This document shows, piece after piece, positions 13,768 to 26,453 of a stretch of 64,000 nt of DNA. A program made the translations under genes and the position numbers. The stretch comes from Mytilus edulis. Lineage: Eukaryota. Location: positions 61,318,001 to 61,382,000 of the forward strand of contig NC_092350.1 of assembly GCF_963676685.1 (NCBI RefSeq). The letters run 5' to 3'. Below the pieces are notes generated by a model that worked only from the letters and a program-made list of their open reading frames with translations, made no database searches and was not told the origin of the DNA. Each line of letters starts with the position of its first letter. The first letter of the stretch is position 1.

Positions 13768-14105
13768 AAAGCTGGGGTCACAAATTCACGATTTTTACTG
13801 CCGTCCTTGACAGGACTATTCCCGATTAAAATTTGTTTCAAAGTCTGATCAAGATCCTGTGAATCGTGGATGGAGTTTCAAACTTTAATTAAAATTTGTA
13901 AAAAAAAACAATTTTAATTACGACAAAAATCAGATATTGTTCAGGAAGCGTCGATATTCAACCGTTTCCAAATGAATTTGTTCTGATAATCCCTTTCTCG
14001 ATCCGATTCTAATCCGATTTGTATCTTTCACATGGTAAAAAACGACCGAGTCTGTCAGGACTTCGTCCCGATTCTACAGAATGTAATCCGACAGAGATCA
14101 GACAG
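13768..14105. mobile_element. MITE-like insertion in the intron of TRIM copy 1
   Basis: Absent at the equivalent intron position of copies 2 (~21580) and 5 (~45885); internal CAGGACT..CCCGATT repeats. Confidence 0.55.
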
Positions 14106-14633
14106 CTCCATTTAGATGACTGATGATCATAGTTTGCTTGTATCAATAAAAAATAAAAATTATTTATTGGTGGTTGCTAACCCAATACGATAAATAACTA
14201 TTTTTTCAAACGACCAATCGCTGTATCTGAGACCCTAAGATACTAACCTTTATAATTAAATGGAATCTACATTGAATTTCTTGATTTACATTTCGACTGT
14301 ATTTATATAAAGAATCGAATGCCAGATTTTATCAACCTGCAATCATTTGAATTCATTTTATGTTTATTTTGGGCGATGACATAACTGTGGAATGAGATAA
14401 AAGAACACAATTCCGAATTTGAAATATATGTAGTATTGATTGGTTGATTGATTTGTATTAAACGCCACAGTACGCACGGCTATATTATGAAACCTGTTTT
14501 AATTGGTATAGGAAGCCGGAGTACCCGGAGAGATTCGACGCACTGCGACAGTAAACTAAATTAAGTCACCACGTTAGATGTGTCATTGTGTGAAACTTTT
14601 AAATCACCTATTGTTATTTGTAGTTTGTGTTTA

Positions 14634-16313
14634 ATGGCGACATCATCTCAGAGCTGTGGTGTATGTGACCTCCGCCACCTTACCAAACCATCCATAGTCT
14701 GGTGCACAGAATGTGACGAGGGACTATGTACAGAATGCAAGGAACATCATAGCTTGTCGAAGTCATCGAGAAGCCATTACGTCATACCTTTTACTGAATA
14801 CCAGAAATTACCAGCTGATATACTTAAAATTACTCAGTACTGTACTAAACATGACAAAAAGTATCAAATGTATTGCAAGAAGCATGCATGCCCCTGCTGC
14901 AGCAAATGCATCGTCGACAGCCATAAAGAATGCCGAGATTTTGTTGAATTAGATGACGCCATTCACAATATCAAAACCTCTAATGTCATGTGCGAAATAG
15001 AGGAAACATTGGTTGAAGTAGCAGAAAATCTACAGAAAATTCGCCAGCATCAAACTGAAAATCTGACGACATTTAAAGAAAGTAGAATGGAAATAGAAAA
15101 AGAAATGAAGACGATCAGAATAAATATCAACAAACATCTCGACACACTACAAGATGATTTAATTAAACAACTATATGCGAGAGAAGAAAAAGAAAACTCG
15201 AAAATTTTGCAGTTATTGTCATCACTAGAAAAGCAAGAAAAAGAAATAGCAGAATGTCAGAGAAACTTCATGAACATCAAGCAATATGCAACAGATCTTC
15301 AAGTGTATCTTTCAATTAAAAAGATAGAGGAGGAAGTTTATATCCAAAATCAATTTCTGCTGTCGTTAAAGGAAAGCAAGAATTTCAAACAACTTCTTGT
15401 TTTCATATAAGATCAACACCTCCATCAAGAATATCATGTCCGATATCATCAGTTTTGGGGAAGTGCGTATTGAAGCTAAACCTTGCAACATTGTTCTGAT
15501 TAAGAAAAAGTCCAAACAAGCCCAAATGATGGTACCGACCGGTCAATCTAGACCCATTGAAAAAATAAACCTAACGCTACAAAAGACCTTCGACACTCAA
15601 GGAATCCAAACTAACGGATGTTGCATGCTGCCCGATGATAGATTTGCATTAACTTACTATTATGATGGTCATCTAGTTATATTTAACATGAACGGGTTAA
15701 AAGACTTTGAGGTGAAGATGTCATGGCACGTTTTTGATATAGCGTACATCAGTGAAGACAATGCAATACGAAGAAGTGTATTACTATTATCGACTTGGAA
15801 AAGAAACAAATTAAGAAAACAATTTCACTTGATTCTAATTGTTATGGTATTGCATTGAAAGAAAATCGTTTGATTTATTCCGGTAACGACAAAGGGATAC
15901 GAATGATTAATCTGCATGACGAGTCTATAAGTACAGTAGTTCGAAATAAAATGCCAAAACACTGTTGCACTGCATCATTTAGGGACAATATATATCATAC
16001 AAACAATGGAACACACACTGTTACATGTTATAATCTACAAGGTGAAATGCAATGGACATTCCAAAATAAAAGCATTCTTAAGATTCCTCTCGGTATAGAT
16101 GTAGATATTGATGGTAATGTGTACGTGGTGGGATACCAATCTAACAATGTGGTAGTTATCTCCCCTGATGGACAACGGCATAGAGAAGTGTTGACAGCAA
16201 GTGATGGTCTAAGTGAACCTGTCTCACTGCATAATAGTGGACCAAATAATCAATTGCTAGTAGCGAACTACAGAAACACAGCTCGTTTGTTCAATATCAT
16301 TCGAACAAGTTAA
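14634..16313 (+). pseudogene. TRIM-like copy 1 (B-box/coiled coil/NHL-like propeller), disrupted by a +1 frameshift near 15395 and a ~22-nt deletion near 15765
   Basis: ORFs 14580, 15397 and 15795 join into a full paralog of 46421..48115; TAG acceptor at 14621-14623 just before ATG 14634. Confidence 0.88.
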
Positions 16314-16482
16314 ACCATTGTTGTGAAATTTTTCTATTCAATAAGCATGGATTCTTTTTCAAGAACCCACTGTGCTTTAACAATGAGAGAGCCTTTGGCA
16401 AAACTCATTAAGGCTACAATAGCTCATTATCGAGTAATGTTGTCTGACGAGTATTTATCACTGAAACTTCGGACCGATAAAT

Positions 16483-16570
16483 AGACAATAATAGTGCATT
16501 GACAGAGCCTCGCATTTCCCCGTTTCTAAGCCTCATTCTTATATGTCAAGTCAATGCACTATTATTGTCT
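16483..16570. repeat. Hairpin with perfect 21-bp arms (AGACAATAATAGTGCATTGAC)
   Basis: 16483-16503 is the exact reverse complement of 16550-16570. Confidence 0.9.
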
Positions 16571-17052
16571 TTATACTGCAATCACAAAAAAAATAATTCC
16601 AATTGTTGTTTAATGTGTTAAAGTTATTATTTGATTTATATATTGGGAAACTTCCCCCTTTTATAAAAAGGCCTCACATCATGCAGGCGGAAAAATATAC
16701 AGCAAAATGAAATGTACATCTACCTGTTGAAACTAGCAATCGATGGTGAACGAATTTGTTTGAGAATGAACTAAATACCAACAATAAGCATAAAACATAA
16801 TGATTTATAGTTTGCAAACCATAAATATTAACAAGTGAAATATGGTTTTTTTTTTCAAAAAATTGCTAAAGAAATAAGTTTGAGTCGTTGTATACATTGA
16901 AAACAAGAACAGGTTGAATAATTAATTATAGTTTCGGCCATTTCTATTTAAATATTCATGAGGAAAAGTGATATTAGATCAGTGACTGTATATGACATAG
17001 AAATATACGGTCAACGCATTTTGACTGCTCAAATAGAACGAGTGCAGTATAA
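16571..17052. mobile_element. Non-autonomous DNA element with TTATACTGCA...TGCAGTATAA inverted ends
   Basis: Perfect 10-bp inverted repeat at both ends; no coding capacity. Confidence 0.55.
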
Positions 17053-17099
17053 ATCTGAAATAAGTTCAATTACAAAAATGAAAAGACACTGCATTTAAC

Positions 17100-17482
17100 T
17101 TTTATTTACGTTAACATTAACATTTATATTAATGTCTAATTCCTGGTTTCCAATACAGATTTTTTTCGACACTTCCTGTTTAAAGGCACACCTCCGCGAA
17201 TACTTCGACATGCGTCTCGTCACATTGTCTCGCTAGTTCTTTTGTACTCCCTCACAGCATCACTCCGGTGTCCAGTTACCTCTGATATAATTTGTTCATC
17301 AACACCACATTCATACAAACGGGTTGCAGCTGTTGCACGTAATGAATGGTTTGACCTAAATCCACCGAGTACTGAATCTGTGCACATTTGCCCGACTGTT
17401 GCAGCTAGGGTGTTTATACTAATTGGTTGTGCTGTGTACCAAATGTTTTCCTTTGGTTTAGATAAAGGCCTCAGATAAAAAA
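17100..17482 (-). mobile_element. Crypton/DUF3504-type tyrosine recombinase C-terminal fragment (pseudogenic)
   Basis: Minus strand reads FYLRPLSKPKENIWYTAQPISINTLAATVGQMCTDSVLGGFRSNHSLRATAATRLYECGVDEQIISEVTGHRSDAVREYKRTS, with HxLR, GH and catalytic Y motifs. Confidence 0.88.
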
Positions 17483-19670
17483 AAAAACATTAGTTTTTGT
17501 CTGTTCTAGGCTGAAATGAAAAAGTTGAATCTTTAATAAATAAATAAGGGAGTTAGGGAAACTGACATCCTGCTCAATTAAGATTAAGAATCGAACACAT
17601 GACACTTGCATGATTTTGAACGCCTCGAATAGGAAAAAAAATTATATACCAAATCAATACAGAATTACTATATTCAATGTAAGCAATGGATTCCGTAAAT
17701 ACTATTTAATATATATAAACAGTTGTCCTTCAACAAGAACATTCATGAAATGTTTGCCACTGGACGTTAAACAACCAACAATCAATCAATCAATATTGAA
17801 TTCTAAACTGAGTAAAGAAAAATTAGCAACATATATTCTAACTTAAGAAAAAATATATTAAAAATGTCCAAAATGGGGAAATAATTTGTAAACGTTCATT
17901 CTTTATTCATTTAAAAGGTTATCAGAAATAAAGATTATAAGTTATCAAATATAATTCATAGTGATTTTTTTTATAAATAACTAACATGAATTATCTTTAG
18001 TTAGTTGGTTAAGGAAGGTTTCATATATCATGTATATTATTACAGCTTATTTACTACTGCTTGTACAGTAAAACTTTGGTTGGCTTGCTTGCTTTGTTTG
18101 TATTATTGCTTATTCAAGCTTTGTAATTAAGATTGACATCTCTAAACAATATATATATGACATAGTCAAACCTGTATATATATCATATTTGAATTTAATT
18201 GAACTTGATTGTACAATAAACAAACAAAGCAAGCAACCAATTTACCAAAGTCTTCCTCTACATGCATTAGGAAATTAGCTGTAAAATGCTTTTTATATAC
18301 CAAAAACCAGACATTTATCAAATATATATAATATATGGAATTTGAAAAAAAAAAGAAAATCATGATGTATCGATTACTATGGAACTGACACATACTTACT
18401 ATAAGTACAAGGAAAAGGCAAAGAAACGACAGTTTTATAGCCGTTTTTTATATCTAAAAGTTAATAGAAACGATTTCGACATGGGGTAAAAACTCGCAAG
18501 ATGTACAACCCGATAAATGACTTAAGACATGACATTGAAGAGACACGAGACAAGGTGCCCTCGGCACTACCTCAAAGTTCAGATAAGTTACCTAATATGC
18601 CACCACATTTAACCGACATATATCAATGTTCAATCGACTCAATTCAACCTATTTCATTCCAACCAATTAGACTGAAAGCGATTCAAGAACAATAACAATA
18701 ACATGTTACATATTGATGAACATTTTTATTTTCACTATTTGTTTTTGTATATTCAGTCATATTTGCAAATGTATGCGTTCTAGAAATAACCAAACTATTC
18801 TATTTATATTTAAAAATTAATTGATAACAAGTTCAAGAACATGAAGACTATTTTTGAAGAATCATTACTTAATTTCCGAAGTTATTTAAAATTCTTTGCG
18901 GACAATCTTGATATTTATAACGTTTTTCCGCCATCTTGAAAATGGGAGCCATATTGGATTTTTCTGAGTGGGTCCATAGCTAAAATCAAAGGGTATATAA
19001 CCAAGAACTACTGTGCAAAGTTTCATGATTTCCTCATCAAGTGAGCAATTCTGCTCTATATCTGCACCAATCAGCCGGACTATTAAAGATGTATTCGATA
19101 TTTCTGAGTTAAATTCTATCTTATTAACGTTTTGAATTTTCCAAAGATTAAAAAAGTTTTATTATTTTAACTTTCGTTCTGTGCTGGGACATACCATATA
19201 TTTATCATCCGTTATATTATGTCCCAATTCTAGGGCAAAATACATTCTCCTTCATAATGCCTTTATTATCTACAAGGATTTCAATTTTACTATACCAATC
19301 CTTGGAACTATATATATATAATAACGTTCAATGATCTATTCATTAAACAGGGTCATGAATTTGTATTTAGTATATGCATCTCTGCTATCGATATACAGGT
19401 GCATATTCTCATATTTTTATCCCTGAAAACAAAAATAATAGCTTCAAATAAGGAAGTCCAATTCACAGATGTATAATCATTTAACATATCCTTTCTGATC
19501 AAATGGTATTTTAATTAGTTTAACATTATATATATAGCTACAAAATAATGCAAATAACCGTAAAGCCATGTTTAATGTGAACATATTCTACTAGTACATA
19601 AGAATTGTTTTTGTCTTTTAAGTAATAGAAAAAATAAAAATAAAAGAGTTCTAATGCATGACTATGTTAT

Positions 19671-20511
19671 AGATAATGCATATTTTAAGGTTTATCTTGT
19701 CGTAGAACACATCTAGGGGTGTCAGTAGTTATCAAAGGTACCAGGATTATAATTTAATACGCCAGACGCGCGTTTCGTCTACATAATACTCATCAGTGAC
19801 GCTCAGATCAAAATAGTTATATAGCCAAACAAGTACAAGAAGAAGTTGAAGAGCATTGAGGACACGAAATTCCAAAAAGTTGTGCCAAATACGGCTAAGG
19901 TAGTCTATTCCTGGAATAAGAAAATCCTTGTTTTTATCGAAAAAACTGAAGTTTGTCAACAGGAAATTGATAAAAATGACCATATAATTGACATTCATGT
20001 CAACACCGTAGTGCTGACTACTGGGCCGGTGATACCCTCGGGGACGAAACGTCCATCAGCAGTGGCATCGACACAGTGGTGTAAATAGTTATCAAAGGTA
20101 CCAGGATTATAATTAAATACGCCAGACGCGCGTTTCGTCTACATAGGACTCATCAGTGATGCTCAGATTAAAATGGTAATTAAGCCAAAGTACAAAAGTT
20201 GAAGAGCATTGAGGACCCGAAATTCCAAAAAGTTGTGCTAAATACGGCTAAGGTAATCTATTCGTGGGATAAGAAAATCCTTAGTTATCTCGAAAAATCT
20301 AATGTTTTGTCAACAGGAAATTTATGTTTGATATTCATGTCAACACCGCAGTGCTGACTACTGGGATCGTGATACCCTCGGTGATGAAACGTCCACCAGC
20401 AGTGGAATCGACCCAGGATTGATCAAATGAAAGACCGACCGTAGGGAGGTCTTTCATTGGGCAATCATGACACCCCGACTAAAAGTTAAAACCCTAAAAT
20501 ATGCATTATCT
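19671..20511. mobile_element. Palindromic MITE interrupted by the retrozyme
   Basis: AGATAATGCATATTTTAAGG...GGGGTGTC on the left pairs with GACACCCC...CCCTAAAATATGCATTATCT on the right; central hairpin AATGAAAGACC/GGTCTTTCATT. Confidence 0.75.
19724..20416 (-). mobile_element. Non-LTR retrozyme: about two tandem 360-bp units, each with a hammerhead (19759-19802, 20119-20162)
   Basis: Direct repeat with period 360 (CCAGGATTATAATT at 19741 and 20101); hammerhead core on the minus strand in both units. Confidence 0.88.
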
Positions 20512-22280
20512 GACTTATATACCGTCAAAAAGATATTATTGTCTACCGATCGCACTAAAGAGATAAATTCCTTTTTGATCCGTTCACGTTTTTATACGTC
20601 CTACGGCTCATTTGGAATGTGAGCATGTGAAATAAAAGCTCACTAATTAATTTAAATATAAACGTTTGAAATAAGTAGTATCTAGATTCAATAAAGTTAT
20701 TACTGTAACTGCCGGAAGTAAGACACAAAGTGAAAAATACAAGTCACTTTGTAAGTATAATTTGTTGTACCGACCAAGTTTATGAAAAGAGGTCCTATGG
20801 TTTTTTTTTCTATGTGTAGTGGCGTATTAAGAAATTTTCGTAAAAGGGTGGATACTAAATTCCTAAGAGAGTTTTTTCACAAAAAAGGGGGTCGCGCACA
20901 CACCATAAATTCACCTCTGTTAATGCATTTTTTTAAACAGAGAACCGGGATTTAATTCTATACTCCCCGACCCCCATTGTGAGGTACGTGTCTGTTATTC
21001 AATAGAATTATAAGAAATTTTATCTGTTGATCATTTGACAGAGTAAAAAGTAAAATATAGATGTAAAAAATTAAGAACTGATGTACGGAGTAGGAACTCG
21101 TGATGCATGTACATGTAACACGAAAAAGGAATATCAATGCATGTAGGTCAAATTAAATTCGCGTCAATGGCGATTTTTTGTTAAATCTATCAAAGATGGA
21201 ACTTTATAAAAAATAAATTCCACAATTGACAACAACAAACTATCAAACGATTAAATGTTGTAGTAAATTATATGCCTTGAGCCATATTTTTTTTTGATAC
21301 ATGGTATCGTCCGGGTTGATTCTTCAAAAGAATGACCTATCGCTATGAAAGAAAAAAACTCCATATAGGTATATACGATTTAATAATTAATGTATTTGTA
21401 ACTACAGCAAGGTTACTTTTTTTTAGATATCTTTGTCCTGTAACATAAGAACCTAATAACCCTTTGCAAAACCACCCCTATATGTAACATGCAATTATTA
21501 AGTGTGACGATGTAAAAGGTTTATCAGTATATTTATTTGTAATTCATTAAATATATCACTATTATCCAACTCTAATCAGATAATTGATGAAAATAGCTGG
21601 CTTGTATCAGTCCATAATCAAAACTAAACTGTTGTGGTTGCTTACCCATTACGATAAATGTTTCAAACGACCAATCGCTATATCTGTGACCCTTAAATAC
21701 TAAACTTTATATCTAGATCAAATCTAGATTAATTTCTTTATATACATTTCGACTATCTTTTATAAAAAGTTAAATGCCCGATTTTATCAATTTCAAATAT
21801 GTGACTCTGAATGCTACACAACTTGCAATTAATTGATTTTATTTTCATTTTCATTTTAAGCGATGATATATAAAGGCAACAGTAGTATACCGATGTTCGA
21901 AAGTTATAAATCGATTGAAGGAAAACAAATCCGGGCTACAAACTAAAACTGAGGGAAATACATCAAATATAAGAGGAAAACCACAAAACAACAGAAATAC
22001 CAAAGTGCAAAAAAAAACACGGCATTGCAACTCACACAGAAACGAATTATAAGATAACTGTAGAATGAGATAGATGAGCATAATTCCGAATTTTAAATAA
22101 ATATATTATGACTATATTATGATTCAAACCTGTTTTAATTGATAAAGGAAACCGGAGTACCCAAAGAGAAACACGTACTTCGACAGTAAACTAAATTAAG
22201 TCACCACGTTAGATGTTTGATGTTGATTGGGTGTTGTTGTTTGAAACCTTTAAATCAGGTATTGTTATTTGTAGTGTTTA

Positions 22281-23962
22281 ATGTCAACATCATCTCAGAG
22301 CTGTGGTTTTTGTGGCATTCGTCAAATTACCAAAGCACCTATAGTCTGGTGTACAGAATGTGACGAGGGATTATGTACAGAATCAAAGAACATCATAGCT
22401 TGTCGAAGTCATCGAGAAGTCATAGCGTTATATCTTTCACTGATTACCTGAAATTACCAGATGATATACTTAGAATTACTCAGTACTGTAGTAAACATGA
22501 TAAAAAGTATCAAATGTATTGCCAAAAACATGAATTCCCCTGCTAGGGCAAATGTATCGTGGAAAGCCATAACGGAAGCCGAGATTTCGTCGAATTATAT
22601 GACGTCATTCACAATGTCAAAACCTTCAATGCGATGTGCGAAATAGAGGAAACATTATTTGAAGTTGCAGAAGATCTACAGAAAATTCGTCAGCATCAAC
22701 AGGACAATCTGACGACATTTAAGGAAAGTAGAAAGGAAATTGAAAAAGAAATAAAGAAGACAAGAATAAAGATCAACAACCATCTTAAAAAATACAAGAG
22801 GATTTAATGAAACAGCTATATGCAGTAGAAGAAAAAGAAAACTCGAGAATTTGTCAGTTATTGTCATCAATAGAAAAGAAAGAAAAGGAAATAGCAGAAT
22901 GCCAAAGAAACATTATGAACATCAAGCAACATGCAACGGACCTGCAAGTGTTTCTTTCAATGCAAAAAAATAGAGGAGGACGTCTATAGCAATAATAAAT
23001 TGCTGCAATAGCTTGAAGAAAGCAGGAATTTTAAGCAAATTTCTCTTTCATATAAGACCAACATCTTTATCAGGAATATCATGTCCGATATCTTAACTTT
23101 TGGAGAAGTGCGTATTGAGGCTAAATCTTGCGATATTGCGATAAAAGGCGAAACAAGACAAATGATGATACCGACCGTTCAATCAAAATCCCTTGAAAAT
23201 ATAACACTAATGATACAAAAGACATTCAACACTCAAGGAAACTCAATCTACGGATGTTGCATGCTGTCGGATGGTAGATTGGCATTTACTTACTACTGGG
23301 ATTGTAAGGTAATTATATTTAACATGAACGGATTTAACGACTTTGAAGTGAAGATGCCTTGTGAAGCGTTTGATATAGTGTACATCAGTGAGGACAATAC
23401 ATTGGCTGTTACATCTGGTAGTTCCGATAAGAATTGTATTACTATTATAGACTTGGAAAAGAAACAAATCAAGAAAACCATTTCACTAGATTCCAACAGT
23501 TATGGCATTGCATTGAAAGATAACCGATTGATTTATTCCGGTTACGACAGAGGAATACGAATGATCAATCTGTACAACGAGTCTTTTAGTGACATAGTTC
23601 GGGACGAGATGCCCTGTGAATGTTACATTGCAATATTTAGGGACAATATATATCATACAAACAATAAAACAAACACTGTCACATGTTACAGACTACAAGG
23701 TGAAATACAATGGGTATTCAAAAATGAAAGAGTTCTGAGGTATCCTCGGGATATTGATGTAGATATTGATAGTAATGTGTCCGTGGTGGGCTTCGAGTCA
23801 AACAATGTGGTAGTTGTCTCCACTGATGGACAACGACATAGAGAAATACTGACAGCAAGTTATGGTCTTGATAATTCTATTTCAATTCAGTATAGTGGTC
23901 CAAAGAATCAGTTGCTAGTCGCGAATTTGAGTGACAAGGCTCATTTGTTTAATATTTATTAG
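22281..23962 (+). pseudogene. TRIM-like copy 2, multiply disrupted pseudogene
   Basis: MSTSSQSCGFC...WCTECDEGLCTE, then a -1 frameshift near 22384, in-frame TAG near 22544, frameshifts near 22790 and 22965 and a TAG near 23009; the propeller part (23081..23962) is still open. Confidence 0.92.
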
Positions 23963-24189
23963 ACAAAGTTCAGAGTTAAAACTTCTCTCCCTTTAGATCA
24001 TTCTGTACAGTGTTTATAATTACTGGATTTCGGAATCCTATTTTGTAAATATAAGCTGTTATATAATATTTAGTGTTCATTTGGAACAAAATAATGCATT
24101 CAATGAAATATAGTGTTTGGGCTAATAACAACAGTGCCTTATATGCATGAAGAGTATACTTAAGTTAATATTAATTGATATTTCTTTGT

Positions 24190-24620
24190 TTACCCCCCGC
24201 GCGTATCGTTGGATATAATATTAATATCAATTACTATTATATTCAACGATACGCGCTGCGAAAAAGACAGAAATATTCTGTGTCTCTCCGTCTGTGCATC
24301 CGTCCGATCGTCCTTCTGTTCTGGTTAGCGCTGTCACATGAACAATTCTGGCCAGATTTAAATAAATCTATATCAGTAATATTTTATGTTCGAAAATCAG
24401 TACTGATGAACTGTTTGTAAAGGAGTTTTTTTTCAAAAAATAAAAATCATATTTGAAATTGTAAATGCTCTCTTGCCTACTTATTTTGTAGGATTGTTAT
24501 GAAGTGTTTATATAAGCAATGTCTAAGACGAGTTCTTAAAGACGGGTAGATCAACTTTTTAAAAGAAAGTCTGTCCTTTAAAAAAAATTATACTGAAAGT
24601 TGTATTGTAAGCGCTCTCAA
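24190..24620 (+). mobile_element. Helentron-associated (HINE/DINE-like) repeat with a CCGT/CTGT microsatellite; related copy at 58585-58980
   Basis: TTACCCCCCGC head followed by TCCGTCTGT...TCCGTCCG microsatellite and a degenerate body. Confidence 0.45.
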
Positions 24621-26380
24621 ATCTACATTTGTTGTTATAATTTAAGGAAATGTATATTACTTTTGACCTTAATTATTTATCCCTTATAAATTTTATTAAC
24701 TATGAATTTGCATTCAGGTATTATCAAAGATCAAATTTATTCGTTGACATACACATTCATACGTAAGTACGAATTGATATTAAAACTTGATGTTGTATTT
24801 CAAGGGAATGCATGCCCAACATTTTATAACTATTTAGTTACAAAAATATACAAGAACATGACGAAGATTAGAGAATAAAGGGGTGTTAAAAATATAAAGA
24901 ATAGGAAATAATGGGCAACAAAGATAAAACCATGAGAAAAAGTTCTAAATATGAAGGAAGTACACCACTAAGCCATGGCCCCATTGCTTTCTATGTTAAA
25001 TTCCTCAATTTCTAGCAAACACAGTTCTTTTGTTTTAAGTTCAAATAAAGTAACAATCATTGCATGTCAAAGCAACACTTTATGGTGTCTCGTACTGAAA
25101 AAAATCAACATACCTAATAATAATGGCATATAAGAAAGAACTGGTTCCCGGAACTTCGGATGTACCAAAACAGGTACTTCAGATCTGACAAACAGGAAAA
25201 ATGTACCATCTTTATAAAATTTGGTGCGGTTATTTTAATATTCAAAATTATAAGTCAAAAACTGTTCTACAATGATCACCAGTCATTCAGCTTTCATTTG
25301 ATACAAACAATACCTAAATATTCTACATATTTTTAAAGTTACACTCATGCGTGGGAACTATTTTGTGTTAAATATGTACAACTTTCGTATGTGCTTTCTG
25401 GCCAGGCCGAATTAGTGGTGTTACACATAAAGAACAAAGAAATAAACTACAACTTATTCAGACCCCATGTATGACAAAAACAGCCACTAACGTGATTCTT
25501 AACATAAAAAAGTCGAAGTTATTCATATATATATCAACCTTTAAATGTAGCCTAATGGAATAAACAATACGTACATGTAAACATAAAATCAGTACAGTCA
25601 TTAGAAAAGGACGTATATCGATGATAACGGCCGTATAAAACAACATGTAATAGATATCAACAGCTCACGTTAAAATAATACAGTAATACACTATATGGTA
25701 TCAAAGAATGATCACAGAAGCCTGTTAAAACAAACGTTAAAATATTTTCAAATTTTCATGATTAAAACTCCTATAAGCAGTCACCTGACTATTCCAGTTA
25801 TTGACTTGAAATTTTATACAGCAAATAATCAACTGTCATTTTAGACTTTGGCTCTTCCTTTTTTGTTTAAATAATATATAAACTTTCTTGGCCTTAAATT
25901 TGTCTTGTAAGTTATGTTTTCTTCTTGTCACTAATTAAAGACCGGACTTGTTTGTAGATCTTGTCTAGCTGATAATTTTCATACTTAAAATTTCTTTCTG
26001 TCTACTAGTTTTGAAGATGATAGCAAACAATAACAACTGCGAAATTTGCTTAGAATTGAAATATTCAGAGGCAATAACCACCAAATGAGTTGCCATATTT
26101 CTTTGAAACTTTCAATGTCAATGTATCTTGTCTCGCTAATAATTTCACCTGGTTATTTGACTGGTTAAGATTTTGAGATACAAGGCAAACCTAGCACGTG
26201 GTTTTCACCGGAAAACGTTTGGTTTGTTGTATCCAGAAATAATGAAATAGACGAAAACATGTATGAAAAAGCAAAGTCGAAGAAATTTAAAAATATGCAG
26301 AATGATTACGTTTATTTTTAATACACCCATATCTGACATGTAGATTAAATTTAAACATTCAGGCATTTATCAGTTTCTAA

Positions 26381-26453
26381 ATCAGTCACTTTATTGATAA
26401 CCTTCTTGATAAATCAGGTGGTCGGGAATGAATATTGAATATTGCAAGGTAAT
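26381..26453 (+). promoter_or_regulatory. Putative first exon module of TRIM-like copy 3
   Basis: ATCAGTCAC...GATAAATCAGG...CAAG|GTAAT, homologous to 12641-12712. Confidence 0.5.

Noticed and set aside
20014-20054. Second hammerhead on the plus strand (CTGACTA...GACGAAACGTC)
   Set aside because: The first box is CUGACUA, not CUGANGA, and GAAAC sits in a hairpin loop; stems I-III cannot be formed.
19724-20416. Possible CRISPR-like or protein-coding repeat (ORFs 19747..19998 and 19846..20088)
   Set aside because: It is a 360-bp tandem unit with no unique spacers in a eukaryotic context; the ORFs are incidental frames across the retrozyme.
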